This document shows, piece after piece, positions 1 through 16,854 of a DNA stretch of 64,000 nucleotides. Each line of letters opens with the position of its first letter. Positions within the stretch are counted from its first letter, which is position 1. The DNA lies in contig CM119267.1 of assembly GCA_051294375.1 (NCBI GenBank), positions 937,601 to 1,001,600 on the forward strand, read 5' to 3'. Position numbers and translations under genes: made by a program. The stretch comes from Paraspadella gotoi. Its lineage: Eukaryota > Animalia > Chaetognatha. The notes below the pieces were generated by a model. It had not been told where the DNA came from. It did no database searches and saw only the letters and a program-made list of their open reading frames with translations.

Positions 1-370
1 ACAAAGTATAATTCTTTTTTCAATATTTTGATGATAAGTGGGTCAAAATTGGGAAAAACCTAAAAAAATCATCCTCATCCGATAATTTTAATAGTTTTTA
101 ATAATTTTTAGTAATAAAATATCAAAATTTTAAAAAGTTGTAATTACATTTTTTGTTTAACTTTTTTAGCTGTATCAGAATCAATTAAAAAAACTTAAAA
201 TATCTAAAAATATTTTTAACATTATATAGCAATATAATAATTTTAATTAACGAATAACTCATGGTTGGGAACATTTTTTCAAAAAAAAATTTAACACAAT
301 AACTAATACCAATAATGGATTCGTTTAATGCTGTTCCCATTAAAATTTAAATTTAGTCGGCTACCGCTAG
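1..370. repeat. Dispersed AT-rich repeat; 1-210 matches ~32281-32490 and ~258-370 matches ~33627-33736
   Basis: Shared strings such as gataagtgggtcaaaattggg and aactaataccaataatggattcgtttaatgctgttcccattaaaatttaaattt at both loci. Confidence 0.75.
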
Positions 371-1261
371 CATAAGGATCGTCGCAATCGCATAAGAAAA
401 ATCAAATTTTGATACTAAAAAAAATAAAATTCTATTTTGCGATTGTCAATTAAAAAAAATAATAAAGTACCGAGGAAAATTAAAGTAAAAAACTTTCATT
501 GTCAAAAAATAAACTGATCAGCAGACGCAGCCCCTGAGAAAAAAAAACGAAATAAAAACCCGATGTTGCGATAGCAAAACGATAACATGCACGAATGCGA
601 TGCCTAATTTTACAAGTTCAATCCTAATTCAATTTTTTTTAATAAAAACGTAGAGAGAGAGAGAGAAAAAAGAAAGAAATCAAAAGGCAGCAGCAGAAGC
701 AGCAGGAGAAAAGAGAGAAAAAGAATAAGCCCTTGCAGAGCCAGCTGCAGACTCGTCTTTTTTATTTCCCTATGAATCAGTGACTAGGGAAAAGAGAGAG
801 GGAGAGAGACATATAATTAAAAGAGAAAAGAGAGAGAGAGAAAGAAATATAAAAATAAAAGAGAAAATTTGTTTGTTTTGATAAAATGTAAACAAAACAT
901 TTAATAACTGTCCTCACTCAATTTTAAGGACATCGATGAGAAGCTGTATATAAATTTTCAGCTTCATACACCCAAATTTAATTATAATAAAGGCGATCTA
1001 TAATTTGGGACGCCGCCAACAACGACGCCACTTATGTGCAAAACCACAGCAATATCGTCGAAAACGCAAAGCTTTGCGTTTGCGACGATAAAAATATTAT
1101 TCATGAATGCATGGTGCGGAAGGACATTTGGCCTTAGCTAATCAACGCATACTGTATTTGATTTTTAATTTGATTCACTGAAAATTGAGAAAATTTATTA
1201 ATACAGTCAAGCGGAAAAAAAGGCGCCTATTTATTCCAGCTTTTAAAAATTACCTTGTATG

Positions 1262-1586
1262 TTATTCCGTGTTAGAGAGAACGAATTAAATATTTTTCAC
1301 ATTTAGTTTTGCTCTGAAGTACTTCATTTTGAAAAATCACTGCTCCCAATCGGATAGCTCGCTTTCTAAAAAGATTTTACCCAACTTTATCTTTAACTAA
1401 ACTGTTAAAATCAAAGTAAAACAGTTTTAAAAGAAAATAACAGTTTATTAAAAGATATAAAAAATTGTTAAATTTTTTTAGAAATTGGGCTATCCGATTG
1501 GGAGCAATGATTTTTCAAAATGATACTACTTCAGAGAAAAACTAAATGTGAATAATATTTAATTCGTTCTCTCTAACACAAAATAA
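1262..1586. mobile_element. MITE-like element with ~100-bp terminal inverted repeats
   Basis: gtgttagagagaacgaattaaatat...tgctcccaatcggatagc (1269-1358) is the near reverse complement of gctatccgattgggagca...aattcgttctctctaacac (1489-1579). Confidence 0.8.
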
Positions 1587-1647
1587 AAACATTCACTCTA
1601 ACAATGGTAATGAGAATAGTAATCTGGTAGTGAATAAACGAGACCGT

Positions 1648-1807
1648 GAGAGAGTCTTGATTGAAAGCTTGCAGGGACCTGCTATATCATTATTTTGTAA
1701 AAGTGATGGAGGCCTTAAACCACCAAAGCCTGTACAAAGTCAGGGGCAAGATAGCTTATTTATTAAAGGAATGGATAACTTTTATATTGGTTGTAGTACC
1801 AATTTCA
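1648..1807. repeat. Dispersed repeat; near-identical copy at ~7745-7897 and diverged relative at ~52991-53143
   Basis: gagagtcttgattgaaagcttgcagggacctg...gtcaggggcaagatagcttatttattaaa shared with 7745-7860; aatattatatcacttcattgata is shared between 7683 and 52991. Confidence 0.8.
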
Positions 1808-2042
1808 TATCGGAGATCTCCCGAGTCTCCGATCCGATTTGCTTTTGGTGGCTTGATACTCCTCGATTGATATAATAAATAATAAAACCATCGTAAATTG
1901 CCAGAGAAATTTAGAATATATACTAAGTTCAACAAAAAGAAAATTTCAAAGCACAAGGGGTAAAAGCATCTCACATCAGAAAAAATTATTCTGAATATTA
2001 TTTTTATTTTTATTATTATTATTATTATTATTATCATTATTA

Positions 2043-3263
2043 TTATGTAAGATCATCATCACCTGTCAAAGGAGGAAGAACCTGCGCCGGCCTACTAATA
2101 CTCGGGCGACCGTTGAGTCTATCGAAGGCGGCCTTTATGCCGGCGGCGGCGCGCTCGGAGAAGAGGGTCGCCTGCGTCGCAGGCTGCGCGCGGCTCTGAT
2201 TAGACAGAGACATGGCGGCGGCGACGGCGGCAGCGGCCTGCGGACAAAGCTTCGTGGCCTCGGCGTAGGCGCTCGAAGATAAGACGCCATGGGCCCTCCT
2301 CGTGGAGGCGGCGACTGAAGAGAAGTCACGGTGGCGGTCAGCGGCGACATTGTGTTGAGACGAAGCAGAGGCGGCGGAATTGGAAGAGAGATTAGAAGAG
2401 GCGGCGAGATTAGAGAAATCGGCGACTATATCGTCGGCGCTGGTAGCGGAATTAGTAGCGACATTAGCGAAAGATGTGGCGAGATCGGATACTACTACGT
2501 CCGAGTCGGAAAGATTTTCGCTGCTGAGATCAATTAGGATTTCGGTGTCGCTGTTGCCAAACGCACGATCGAAGGCCACGCTGGCCGCGGTCGACAAAGA
2601 AATCGGACCTGTATATAACGTTCATACGTTAACCTTTTGTTCAACTTTACAATACTCCAGTCTCAAAGAAATATCATATCATGTCTGATAATTTTTCAGC
2701 AGTCAAGAGGAAATTCATTTCAGATAGCTGAATTTAACGCTGGCTCTAAACTGTAGAATCTAGAGACCTTTCATCAACTGAAAAGCGGCGGTAATGGCGA
2801 GGTGGGCGTCGTGACTGAGAACGGTCGCCGCCAAGAGGTCAGCAGGGGAGATAATGGGCACGAGGTTTTCTTGGAAATTAGGCTGAGGCGGCGGCGGCGG
2901 CGGCGGCGGGGCAGCGGCGGCGAATGAACGAGGATAAAAGCGAGCGGCGTGAGGAGATAATGTTGAGGTAGCGGCGGTGGCGGGCGGATAGAGAGTCCAA
3001 GAAGTGGGTGGAGAATAGAGGACGGCTTCCGGAGAGAAAGTTGAACTAGCGGATGTTGCAGAGGTATTGGCTGATGCTGCAGAGGTATTGGCGGATGCTG
3101 CAGAGGTATTGGCTGATGCTGCAGAGGTATTAGCGGCGCCATTGGAGCCGTTTGAAGCCTCCCTATTCGCAGGAGCAACAACACGGCATCTTTTCCTCGG
3201 GCTGAGGGAAACGTCGTCCTCCTCGTTAAGGTGGGCGCGGTTGGAATGATTTTTGGGCAGCAT
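2043..3263 (-). CDS. Orphan Ala/Ser/Pro-rich protein, probably two exons (3263-2768, 2608-2043)
   Basis: Two GC-rich ORFs in AT-rich context; ATG at 3263 after an A-rich leader; phase-1 splice AAAG|gtctct ... tatacag|GTCCG joins them in frame (donor is weak); SPRKR NLS-like motif; no recognisable homology. Confidence 0.45.
3055..3135. repeat. 21-bp coding minisatellite (~4 copies) encoding ANTSAAS
   Basis: gctgcagaggtattggctgat tandem units. Confidence 0.85.
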
Positions 3264-3646
3264 ATTTAAATTTTTAAATCTATGTTTAAAAAAAAAACAA
3301 ACGCATCAAGAAAACGTAAAAATAAAACGAGTTATATAATACAAACAATTTATATGTACCGTTATTAAATCGTACGTTGGTGGAAGAAAAGTGAGACGTT
3401 GAAAACGAAATACGAATAATAGATTTGTTCAATTAGTTTAATAATATACGATTAACAATCAAGCACCAGATATAAACAAAAAAACAAACCCGAGACAGAT
3501 GGCACGTCGTTTGTAAAAAAAACAAACAAACAAAGAAACAATATATTAACTGAGTTTTTATTAAAAGCAAAGATGTCGCCCCGAATTCTACGGCAGCGGC
3601 GGCTACGGCAGCGGCGGCGACGGCGTCTGCAGCTGCTGCAGTGAGG

Positions 3647-6558
3647 CTAAGTCATTTCTTCATTTTGACAGTTAAAGCAACGCATCGATTCACCTGACGA
3701 CCTGAATTAGGGGGCGAGGGGGGAAAGGGGGAGGAAAGGGGGAGGAAAGGGGGGATGAGGGGGGAAGGTAGGGTGAAATCGACTGCACCAAATGCCACCC
3801 TTTCTGATCTGTCATCGATTTGATTTCACCAACTGCTCCCGTTTTAATTTCTGACCTGTAATCGATTTGACTGCACCGACTGCTACACCTTTTTAATTTC
3901 TGACCTATAATCGACTTGACTGCATCCGTTTTAATTTCTGACCTGTAATCAACTTGACTGTATCCATTTTAATTTCTGACCTGTAATCGACTTGACTGCA
4001 CAGCGCACAGAAGACTTGATGACACTCGTCACAAGAATTTGAACAATGAGAACAGAGAAATTTTTTGCAGGAAGAGCAACTGACATGAGGGCGGGAGTCG
4101 AACCGCAAGCAACACCGCCGCGAATCTGGATACAAAAATTGATAAATTCAAGTACAAGTATAAATCAAATATTATAATATATAATTTGACTCGGACCCGC
4201 ACTGTAGAGCGTCTGCTGCCCTGGAAGAGGTTGACGAACGAGTTTTCCCTGAGAATCGATGCGAAGTTGAAGAAGATTCGAGTCGGTCGTCAAATCGGTT
4301 GTCGAATCGGGGAGGTCGCCCTGCGGGAAGTGGAGAATCATTTCTCTATTTTGACACTTTCTTTCACTCTCTCTTTCTTTCCGTCTCTCTGTCGGGAAGA
4401 AACTTTCGTGGATTCGTTCATCGGCTTTTATTCATCAGTGAATTCATTTACGATTAGACATTTATTCATCTGTGGATCAATACGTTCATTAATCATTCAT
4501 TAATCGTTCATTGATTATTCATAGATCATTCATTGATTATTCATAGACCGTTTACTATCTATTTCCTCTCACAGTTATCGTGAATCATTAATAGTATGAT
4601 AGGAGAGGTGTTGGGTACTGTTTAATGGTTATTGATCATTGATGTGTTTCCTCCTGATTACGATACAATGCAGATTCCAGGGTGCTCAGACTGTCAATGC
4701 ACGGCTGCCCGTGATCTATCCAAACCTATGGTTGTTCCGAGACATTCTGCCACGCCGTGACGTTCCGTGTCACCCCTTTGATCTCTTACCGTTCTCATCG
4801 CCCATTACCATGATGGGAAAAAAGTGTCGCGGTTACTTTCTAGTTATTTTTCGGCATTTTAATGTAAGAATCGAAAAATAAAATTTAGATATCAAGAAAC
4901 TTTGGCCTTTTGTGATTCATATAAGCTGTATCTCATTTATGTGTGAAAAAAATACAGGAGTTCCATGTAAAAGAAAATGCGTTGTCCAAAAAAATGCTTC
5001 CTTCATTTTTATCTTTTTTATATCTATATTTTTTATTTATACTCATTGCCGGTTCTTTTTTATTACTTTTTGAGTTTAACCAATACTATTAAAAATCGCT
5101 GCCTTTTCTCAGTCTCATGTCAAATGGTTATTGCATTATCTCCATTAGGATAGATTCATGGATGAATCTTAATTCATATGTCAAAAAAAGAGCAATATTA
5201 AAAATACAAAAATGCTGTAGATGTTATAAAATATTATTTTTAAATTGTAAAGTATCAATAAAAGTTATAAGGTTCCGGATAACCTTTCTGTAAGCAAAGT
5301 TATCATTTTTATTTACCTTTGGATGTATTATCAGAATCAAGTATCAAACAAGTCCAAAAAAAAAAAAAGGTTTTGTTGAAGTGAAAGACAATGAATTATC
5401 ACATTATGCAGCAACAACTCAAACCTGGTTTACTTTATAGAGGATCAATCTTTTTCACTGCTTGCTAAGGACCATTTTTTGCCCCAAATCTGATAAAAAA
5501 TATCATGTCAAAGATATAATTTTAACAATAATATTAATAGTTCTCTTGATCAAAAAGAAGTGAAAACAGTTAGAGAAAACCTTTTTTGGAAGTATTTGAA
5601 TGCATTGAATAATTTAATGCTGTTGAAAAATAATCATTTTATTCAGTCTTATGGAGGTCATATTACTTATTAAAACTTATTTATTAGCCAAAAAATATAT
5701 TTGACAATAAAATTAACTGGATTTTCCAAACCGCGACACTTTTTTTCCATCATGGTATGCAGGATTTTCCCCCTAACATCTCTCTTACCTGCTGAATTTG
5801 AGCAGTGAAATCGCCAGTGAATTTCGCCGGAGAGTTTTCGCCACTGCTGGGAGTAAAACAAGAAAAGTATAAATATGAAACTAATCAATTTTTAACCGGA
5901 TCAAAACCAACAACAACAACAACAACCTGGTGGTCATGGGGGCGTCGTTTGACGAGTCGGGTGGAAGCGGAGAGAGACATCGCGAAGGCGGCGACGTTTC
6001 GCGCGACGGATTCGGCGTCTGCATTAGACCCGAAGCGGCGTCGTCGGCGCCGGCCGGAAACTGTTTGGCGGCGCCGGCGCGGAGAAGAGACAACGTACGA
6101 TCTGAGGACACAGGGCGCCAATTTACATTTTTACGCGGTTTCATCTCACACATTTTCGTTATTTGACTACATAACTCATAAGAAAATTAAATACAAGTAT
6201 AAATTCCTAAATTCAGAAAATTTCTAGAAAATATATTCTGGAAATAGTCAATCTCTCTCTCTCTCACTCTCTCTCCTTTTTATCCTCAACAGAGGGAGAA
6301 GACGCGGACAGAAACGAAGAAATGAGACAAGTCGTGAAATTATTTTACCAAGTGACGCGTATCCAAAGAAGAAAATTCCCTCGCTGATATTTGATATTAA
6401 ATATCACAATCATTTAATGTCCATTGTTATCGAAACTCACCGTAGATTTCCTGCATAAATTTGGGATCTCCTAAATGCTTTGGCCCCACGTGGGTTTTCA
6501 TCTGCAGAGGAGCGAAGGGAACGAATCCATCCATTTCCTCCAATTTTCGCTTCGGCAT
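3647..6558 (-). CDS. SIVA1: Apoptosis regulatory protein Siva, ~5 exons
   Basis: Exon 1 (6558-6441) MPKRKLEEMDGFVPFAPLQMKTHVG resembles Siva MPKRSCPF..APLQLKVRV; exon 2 DRTLSLLRAGA; LQLRIDSQGKL; Cys-rich CSSCKKFLCSHCSNSCDECHQVFCALCSQVDY; last exon MRCFNCQNEEMT*. Confidence 0.85.
3800..4000. repeat. ~39-50 bp degenerate tandem repeat (4-5 copies) derived from the SIVA1 exon end plus splice donor
   Basis: tttaatttctgacctgtaatcgacttgactgca recurring at ~3843, 3893, 3930, 3968. Confidence 0.85.
4808..5755. mobile_element. Non-autonomous TIR DNA transposon in a SIVA1 intron, TA target duplication
   Basis: TA|ccatgatgggaaaaaagtgtcgcggtt ... aaccgcgacactttttttccatcatgg|TA (27-bp TIR, 1 mismatch). 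Confidence 0.85.
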
Positions 6559-6941
6559 TTTTTTTTTTTTTTTTAGTATTTCTTTTTTTTTGGTCAGAGG
6601 TAAAAAAAACCCTTACAAAACGGAACATATAATTCATAAATGAGACATAATATATGGACAAAAATTTTGGTCAAAGGATTAAAAAAACTAAATGAAATTT
6701 CGCGGGTAAATCGAAATAAACTGGGAAGGAGAAAAGAAGTACTAAGTCCGGGGCTACTACGAGATGCCGAGAGTATTAACGATGATAATACGGACTTTCT
6801 AAATGAATTCGTTTGTGCGTTTCGTCACATGGTTGTTTCGTTGGTTTTGCCAATCCTTAATTCCTTTATGGAATGACGATTCTACATGGGTCGATAGATC
6901 GAAGCGAGACGCAGCGAGAGGAGAATGGGTCGACGGGGCGT

Positions 6942-9900
6942 TCAAGGACACTTCCTCTCGACGCAGGCCTTCCCTCCTTCGTCGTACTCGTGCTTGGAGA
7001 TCCACATCTGTTGAAAGGAACCGAGAGAAGCGAGGATCGACCCGCCGATCCACGAAGAGAATCGCCTCTCCGAAGATTGCGTCGAAAAGAGCAACTTCAG
7101 TCTCATGTTCGTCGTCAGTTTTTGCGCCAAATCCTGATTCAATCGATCGGTGAAGCCTGGAAAATTATATTCAATTCGGCAAACTTGTAATGAAATTCGA
7201 CGAAATTACTAATTTAAAGTTTGTAAAAAAGTTTTTAAAGTTATTAATTAAAAAAAAAAAGAAAACTCCCATCAAAGATTTCCCCCCCCAACCCCATCGT
7301 TTTCAAACCTTGAAGGAGAGAGTTTCCCCCGACGACCATGAGATTCGAGTAAAGCGAAGGTCGCATCTCGATGTCGCACATCCCGACGGCCGTCGTCACC
7401 GACTGCGTCATCGAAAGGGCCACGCCCCCCGCGTTCTTTTGGAACTTGGAATCGAAGAGTCCCTCCATGATGCGGAACCTGAAGAGGCGGTGGGGGGGAG
7501 TGTAGGGCTACGATGTGGCTTTCGTTTCTTCTATGATCCTCATTGAATTGAATTAATTTGATTTCATTTATTTAATTAATTCAATTAACTCGCATACTTA
7601 CAATTAAATGTCCTGTTAATCTTCGGATCTTAATACTTAAGGGAGTGGTCTTTCATACAATCGAAACAATCTTATATATTACAATATTATATCACTTCAT
7701 TGATAGGGAAGCCAGGTTCTCTTGGAGTGAATATGCGAGACTCTGAGAGTCTTGATTGAAAGCTTGCAGGGACCTGTTATGTCATTATCTTGTATGGATG
7801 GAGGCCTTAAACCACCAAAGCCTGTCCAAAGTCAGGGGCAAGATAGCTTATTTATTAAATGAATGGATAATTTTTATATTGGTTGTACCAATTTCACGGG
7901 ATTAGACTGAAGGCTTAAATATTTTGCAGTCATAGCGACCTCGTTCTTTACTAATCAATGGGAAAAATCCTAGACTAAAACATCCGCGACGCCGCCATAG
8001 TCTTAGCTTATGATCCACAGAATAGACCTCTGTAGAATGTAGATGGTCTTGGTTGGCCTAGTGATGAGATAGCTCGCCCTCTTCGCGAATAATCAGAAAA
8101 GCGACGAATCACAGACCTGACTTTAACCTTAGACAGACCAAAGTCCGAGAGAGAGACTAAGGGGTCGACGGCCGTGATTGCCGAGGGACCTCGAGGCACT
8201 CCTCACCTCAATATTCAAACTCAAGAAACAATTTTTCTCCAAATAATTGAATTCATGAAAATTTTTTATCTTCACTTTTGTCATCGTGACGTCATTACCT
8301 TCGTCATTACCTTTATCATTGTCCGTCGTTAATAAAACTAATACCTTTTAATTATCCTCCTTAATCGATTAAACGTCAACGGTTTTTCCAGTCTATCGTT
8401 CTCAGTTAATTTTTCATCTCTATCTCTCAATCTCACCTTTCGCAACCAAAGTCTTTGGAGAGTCCATGAGGAAACTCGTAGGGCGTGGTCGGGAGATTCC
8501 GGGCGCTGAATTCCTCGTAGGGCGACTCGAGCGCTTGAAGGACGGAAGCCGCGAAATCCTAGCAATAATTGAGAAATATCCAAATTAATCCATGAAATAA
8601 TAATATATATTATAATCATTATTATTCCCGACCTCGACGACTTGCTTGACCATAAAGTCGTGATAAGTTTTAGTGACTTTTGGCAAATTCTTCTTCTTGG
8701 TAAAACTACAGTCTCCTCCGTCGAGGAGAGGCGGCTCCTTCGATCCGATCATGTAAGTAGGGATGATATCGACGCCCGTCTCGTCGAGGAAGGAGCGACA
8801 CTGCGCCGCCACGTAGTCGCCGCCTAACGGAGTTCGGACGATGCAGTTTTGAAGGACGTAGCCGTCGTGGACGGGGACGGCGGAGGTCGTGCTGGCGCCT
8901 GGCAAAGTCCGACGGGGAAATCGAGTTCTTCAGTCTCAACAATTATTAAATTAGCTTTTAGATTATTAGATCAATCTTTCAATTATGTTTCCTTAAAAAG
9001 TTTTCTTTCACCAGTATTTACCTGATATTTCTAACTTTATACAAAACATTAACTCATCCATACATAATACATATGCCTCCCCAAACAGCAAATGAATACG
9101 TAAGCAAAAATCAAAGTTAATCTTCGCATAAAACACTTTGATTCGAATTTCATACCAGGAAATCATAAATGACAAAAGTGTTTGGGTTATTTCCCTCAAC
9201 GAATAAAAAAAATGTAAACATGAATATATAAGTAAAAAAGTAAGTAAAGAAGCCCTGAGCCTCCTCACCAGAATCGAGCACGAGTCCCGTGGCCCGCCCG
9301 TTGGCGAAGGCGGAGAGAACGGCGCTCTTGCAGAGAAAGAAAGCGGGGACGTCGTATTTCTCGAACATGAGTTCGCAGAGTTTCTCGCGTTTCGCCCGGG
9401 AATTCCACGACGCCTCGGACATCATCACCGGATGGAACTTGGATTCCGAAGAGATATATCGTTTGTAGATGTGATCGAGGCTTTTGGGGAAAAAGGGAAG
9501 AGGAAGTCAATATATATATATATTTCTCTCTCTCTCTCCCTCTCTCTCTCTCACCAATTCTCGAATAGATCCCAATCTTCTATCATCCCGTCCTTCATCA
9601 TCGTCATCATCTCCATTCCTTCTTTGGGACACGAGATCGAATTGGATCCATAAATGAATCGTTTGTTCTTCGTCGCTTCCGATTTCGTCGCGTTCGACTC
9701 GGATTTCGTCTCCGACTTTGACGGCGATGCTGTTGTTGTTGTCGCGGATTCGACGGGTTTGTCGGCGGATGTCGTTATTTTCGAATCGTCCGTCTGAGAG
9801 AGAGAGACAGTTAACTGAGCCAATGTATGAATTTTCTTTTTGTTTTTGTTTTAAATTATCTTCCTCACCCCGGCCACCCCCATCCACCTTCTAAATCTCA

Positions 9901-10054
9901 CCTCCATCTTAACATCTTCCTCCACACATCCTATCATCGATGGAATATCCGCCTTGGGCAAATCTTCCCCCGCGAATCCTGCTCTGATTGTGTGTGACCC
10001 AAAATCAAAGACGAGGGCGCCCACTTCGTCGCCGCCGTAGACCCCGCCGCTCAT
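6942..10054 (-). CDS. ACTL6A: Actin-like protein 6 (BAF53/Arp4), multi-exon
   Basis: [31 protein letters not shown]; [34 protein letters not shown]; [42 protein letters not shown]. Confidence 0.96.
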
Positions 10055-10311
10055 TTTAAGGTTTTTTTTTTCTGGTTTTTTTTTTCAGTTTTTCGTTTCG
10101 TCTTCTGGCGGAGCCAAATATTTTATAAAGCAAAATTAAAATAAAGAGATTTTTACTTCGTCTTATGTCCCGGCCAAAGACAAAGGGAAATAAATAATAG
10201 TACGAGAAAGAAATGCCTTTAAGGAATTGAAGCAAACCAATAAATAAGATGTCCGTGTCAAAATAGAGCCTGCCCGCTGGCGCTCTCGCTCTCTCTCTCT
10301 CTCTCTCTCTG

Positions 10312-11659
10312 TCATTTGTTAGCGTTAAGCATTTTGTTTGTTTGATTTTCGAAAATGTCCAAAAGTCGTTTGATCTCTTTGATCTTATGCGCCGTTTGAT
10401 GCATTGGACGCATTTGGTTGTTGAGTTCTTCCGACTTGGCCATCAAAGCGTACATGCTCTAAAGAAAAGACAGGAATGCTTTAATGCCGCACTACGATAC
10501 TGCCCTAGTAAAAGCACCTACCTTGATGCTGTGGTCGACGGCGTCGCAGGTCTTATCGACGCCGTCCCTGTAGACGTCGACGCACTCGGCCGTGACTCCG
10601 CTCATCTCCTTGACGTGAGACTCGACTTTGGTCAACATCGCGGCGACGGATTCGGCGAGGACGCGAGACTGAGACTCGAGATCGAGGAGGGCCCAAGGAT
10701 CGATGGGCGGTAGGGTCATGCCTGGGAGAGGATGAGGGAGGGAAGAGATGAAAAGACTTATCCTTACACTTACCCTTACCGCCTCCTTACCCGGCTGCCC
10801 GCCCCCGCAGATAGAGGGCGATCGAGATGAGGCGCAGGAGGAGGCGACCGAGGATCTCAGGCTCTGAGTGGACGAGGCTCTCGAGCGACCGAACGACGTC
10901 AATTCGCCCTTCCGGTCCAGAGGGCTGCTGCGCCGGATCTGATCCTGTATGTAGAGGGAGAAGGAGGGATAATTAAGATATCATTTCGTTTATAATATTA
11001 CGATCAATCAATCGTTATATAATTGACAGATCACATTTGCTAATGTAAAAAATAAGATTAAATCTTTAAATTAATACAATAGAAATTTATCAATACAAAA
11101 AAAACACGACTATATGCAAATGAGATTGAGTTCATTAATCTCATTTAAAATGATCATTTAATCACTCTTCTTCACGAGTCTTTGATGACCAATGACCATT
11201 GACCCTAGTTAATCACTTGAGCCATAAAATCACCTGCAGATTGTCGGCCGTGAAAGTGACCAAGTCCCCTTCTTTGGAAAATTCTCCTTTTAACCGTTGG
11301 TGGCGCTGAGGGGAGTAGAGGGAAGAGGAGGCGAGGCTATCGGGAGTTCGGAGATTGTCGGGCGAGACCAAATTGTCGGGCGAGACGAGATCGGGAAAGT
11401 CGGGCGAGCCAGAACGTCGTTCGTCGGTCTCGTTGACTGGATCGAGGACGAGAGAGTGAGGGCGAGAGGGCGGGGAGAGAATCTGTTCCTACGGAGAGAA
11501 AGGATAACAAAACATTTAAACTATTGATGTTAAAATATAAAACGAACTACACTAATATTGTATTATTACCGGAGTCTTTTGCGACTGAAGCTGTTCCGTA
11601 ATCGTGTCTTCGAGATCGGCGTCGTCGTCCTGCGACGAGTCTCGTTCTTTGGTCGCCAT
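10312..11659 (-). CDS. BORCS6: BLOC-1-related complex subunit 6 (lyspersin)
   Basis: LPPIDPWALLDLESQSRVLAESV...VYRDGVDKTCDAVDHSIK spliced to SMYALMAKSEELNNQMRPMHQTAHKIKEIKRLLDIFE; upstream TFTADNLQ-DQIRRSSP motif; ATG at 11659. Confidence 0.8.
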
Positions 11660-11730
11660 TGGCAACCGATTCGTTTAATATGGAAAAACTGAAAATGAGC
11701 GCAAAGACATTTGAGCAAGGAAGAAAGAAA

Positions 11731-16216
<4,486 letters not shown>

Positions 16217-16854
16217 TTTGAAGCTCGATCTCTCGATTTAACTGGATCTCGGTCTTTCAGAATGTTAACCGAACATTATTAAAACTTTTAAAACATTTAT
16301 TAAAAGGGGCAGAGATGAGATCAGCAGATTGTTCATTGCTTTTTCTAGCAAATGGCCGATGAAGGGCGATCAACAGCGATCAATTGCGATCAGGAGTTAT
16401 CAAGGTCATTCAAACGACAAGGATAACGAATCGGAATCTGAGCTCGAAAACGACGCTGCTTCCCAATCCAACAATCGAGCCAGAGCAAGAATCCCATGAA
16501 AAGTTTTCTCTTTATCTCGCTTTAAAGTTTTTTTTTTTGTTGTAATTTTTAAGTAACGCATTACATACAATTTAAAAAGTATCTACAATGTATAAAATGG
16601 TAAAAGATAATTCATGAACACAACGCAAAGAGGAAAGTTTGACTTAAAGTTTGAAACGGAATTCTAACCCGAAAAAGCAATAAAGATGCGCCGACCAAAC
16701 AATTAGGTAGGCTTATCAAAGGATTTAATTGTATAAAATTAAATTACGAAAAAATAAGTATGTACATTTTTTAATCGGTCTCAAATTATGGCTTAGAACA
16801 AACGAAAAGGGAAATAATAATGCCAATCACATTTCACATAAAGACTTCGCATTT

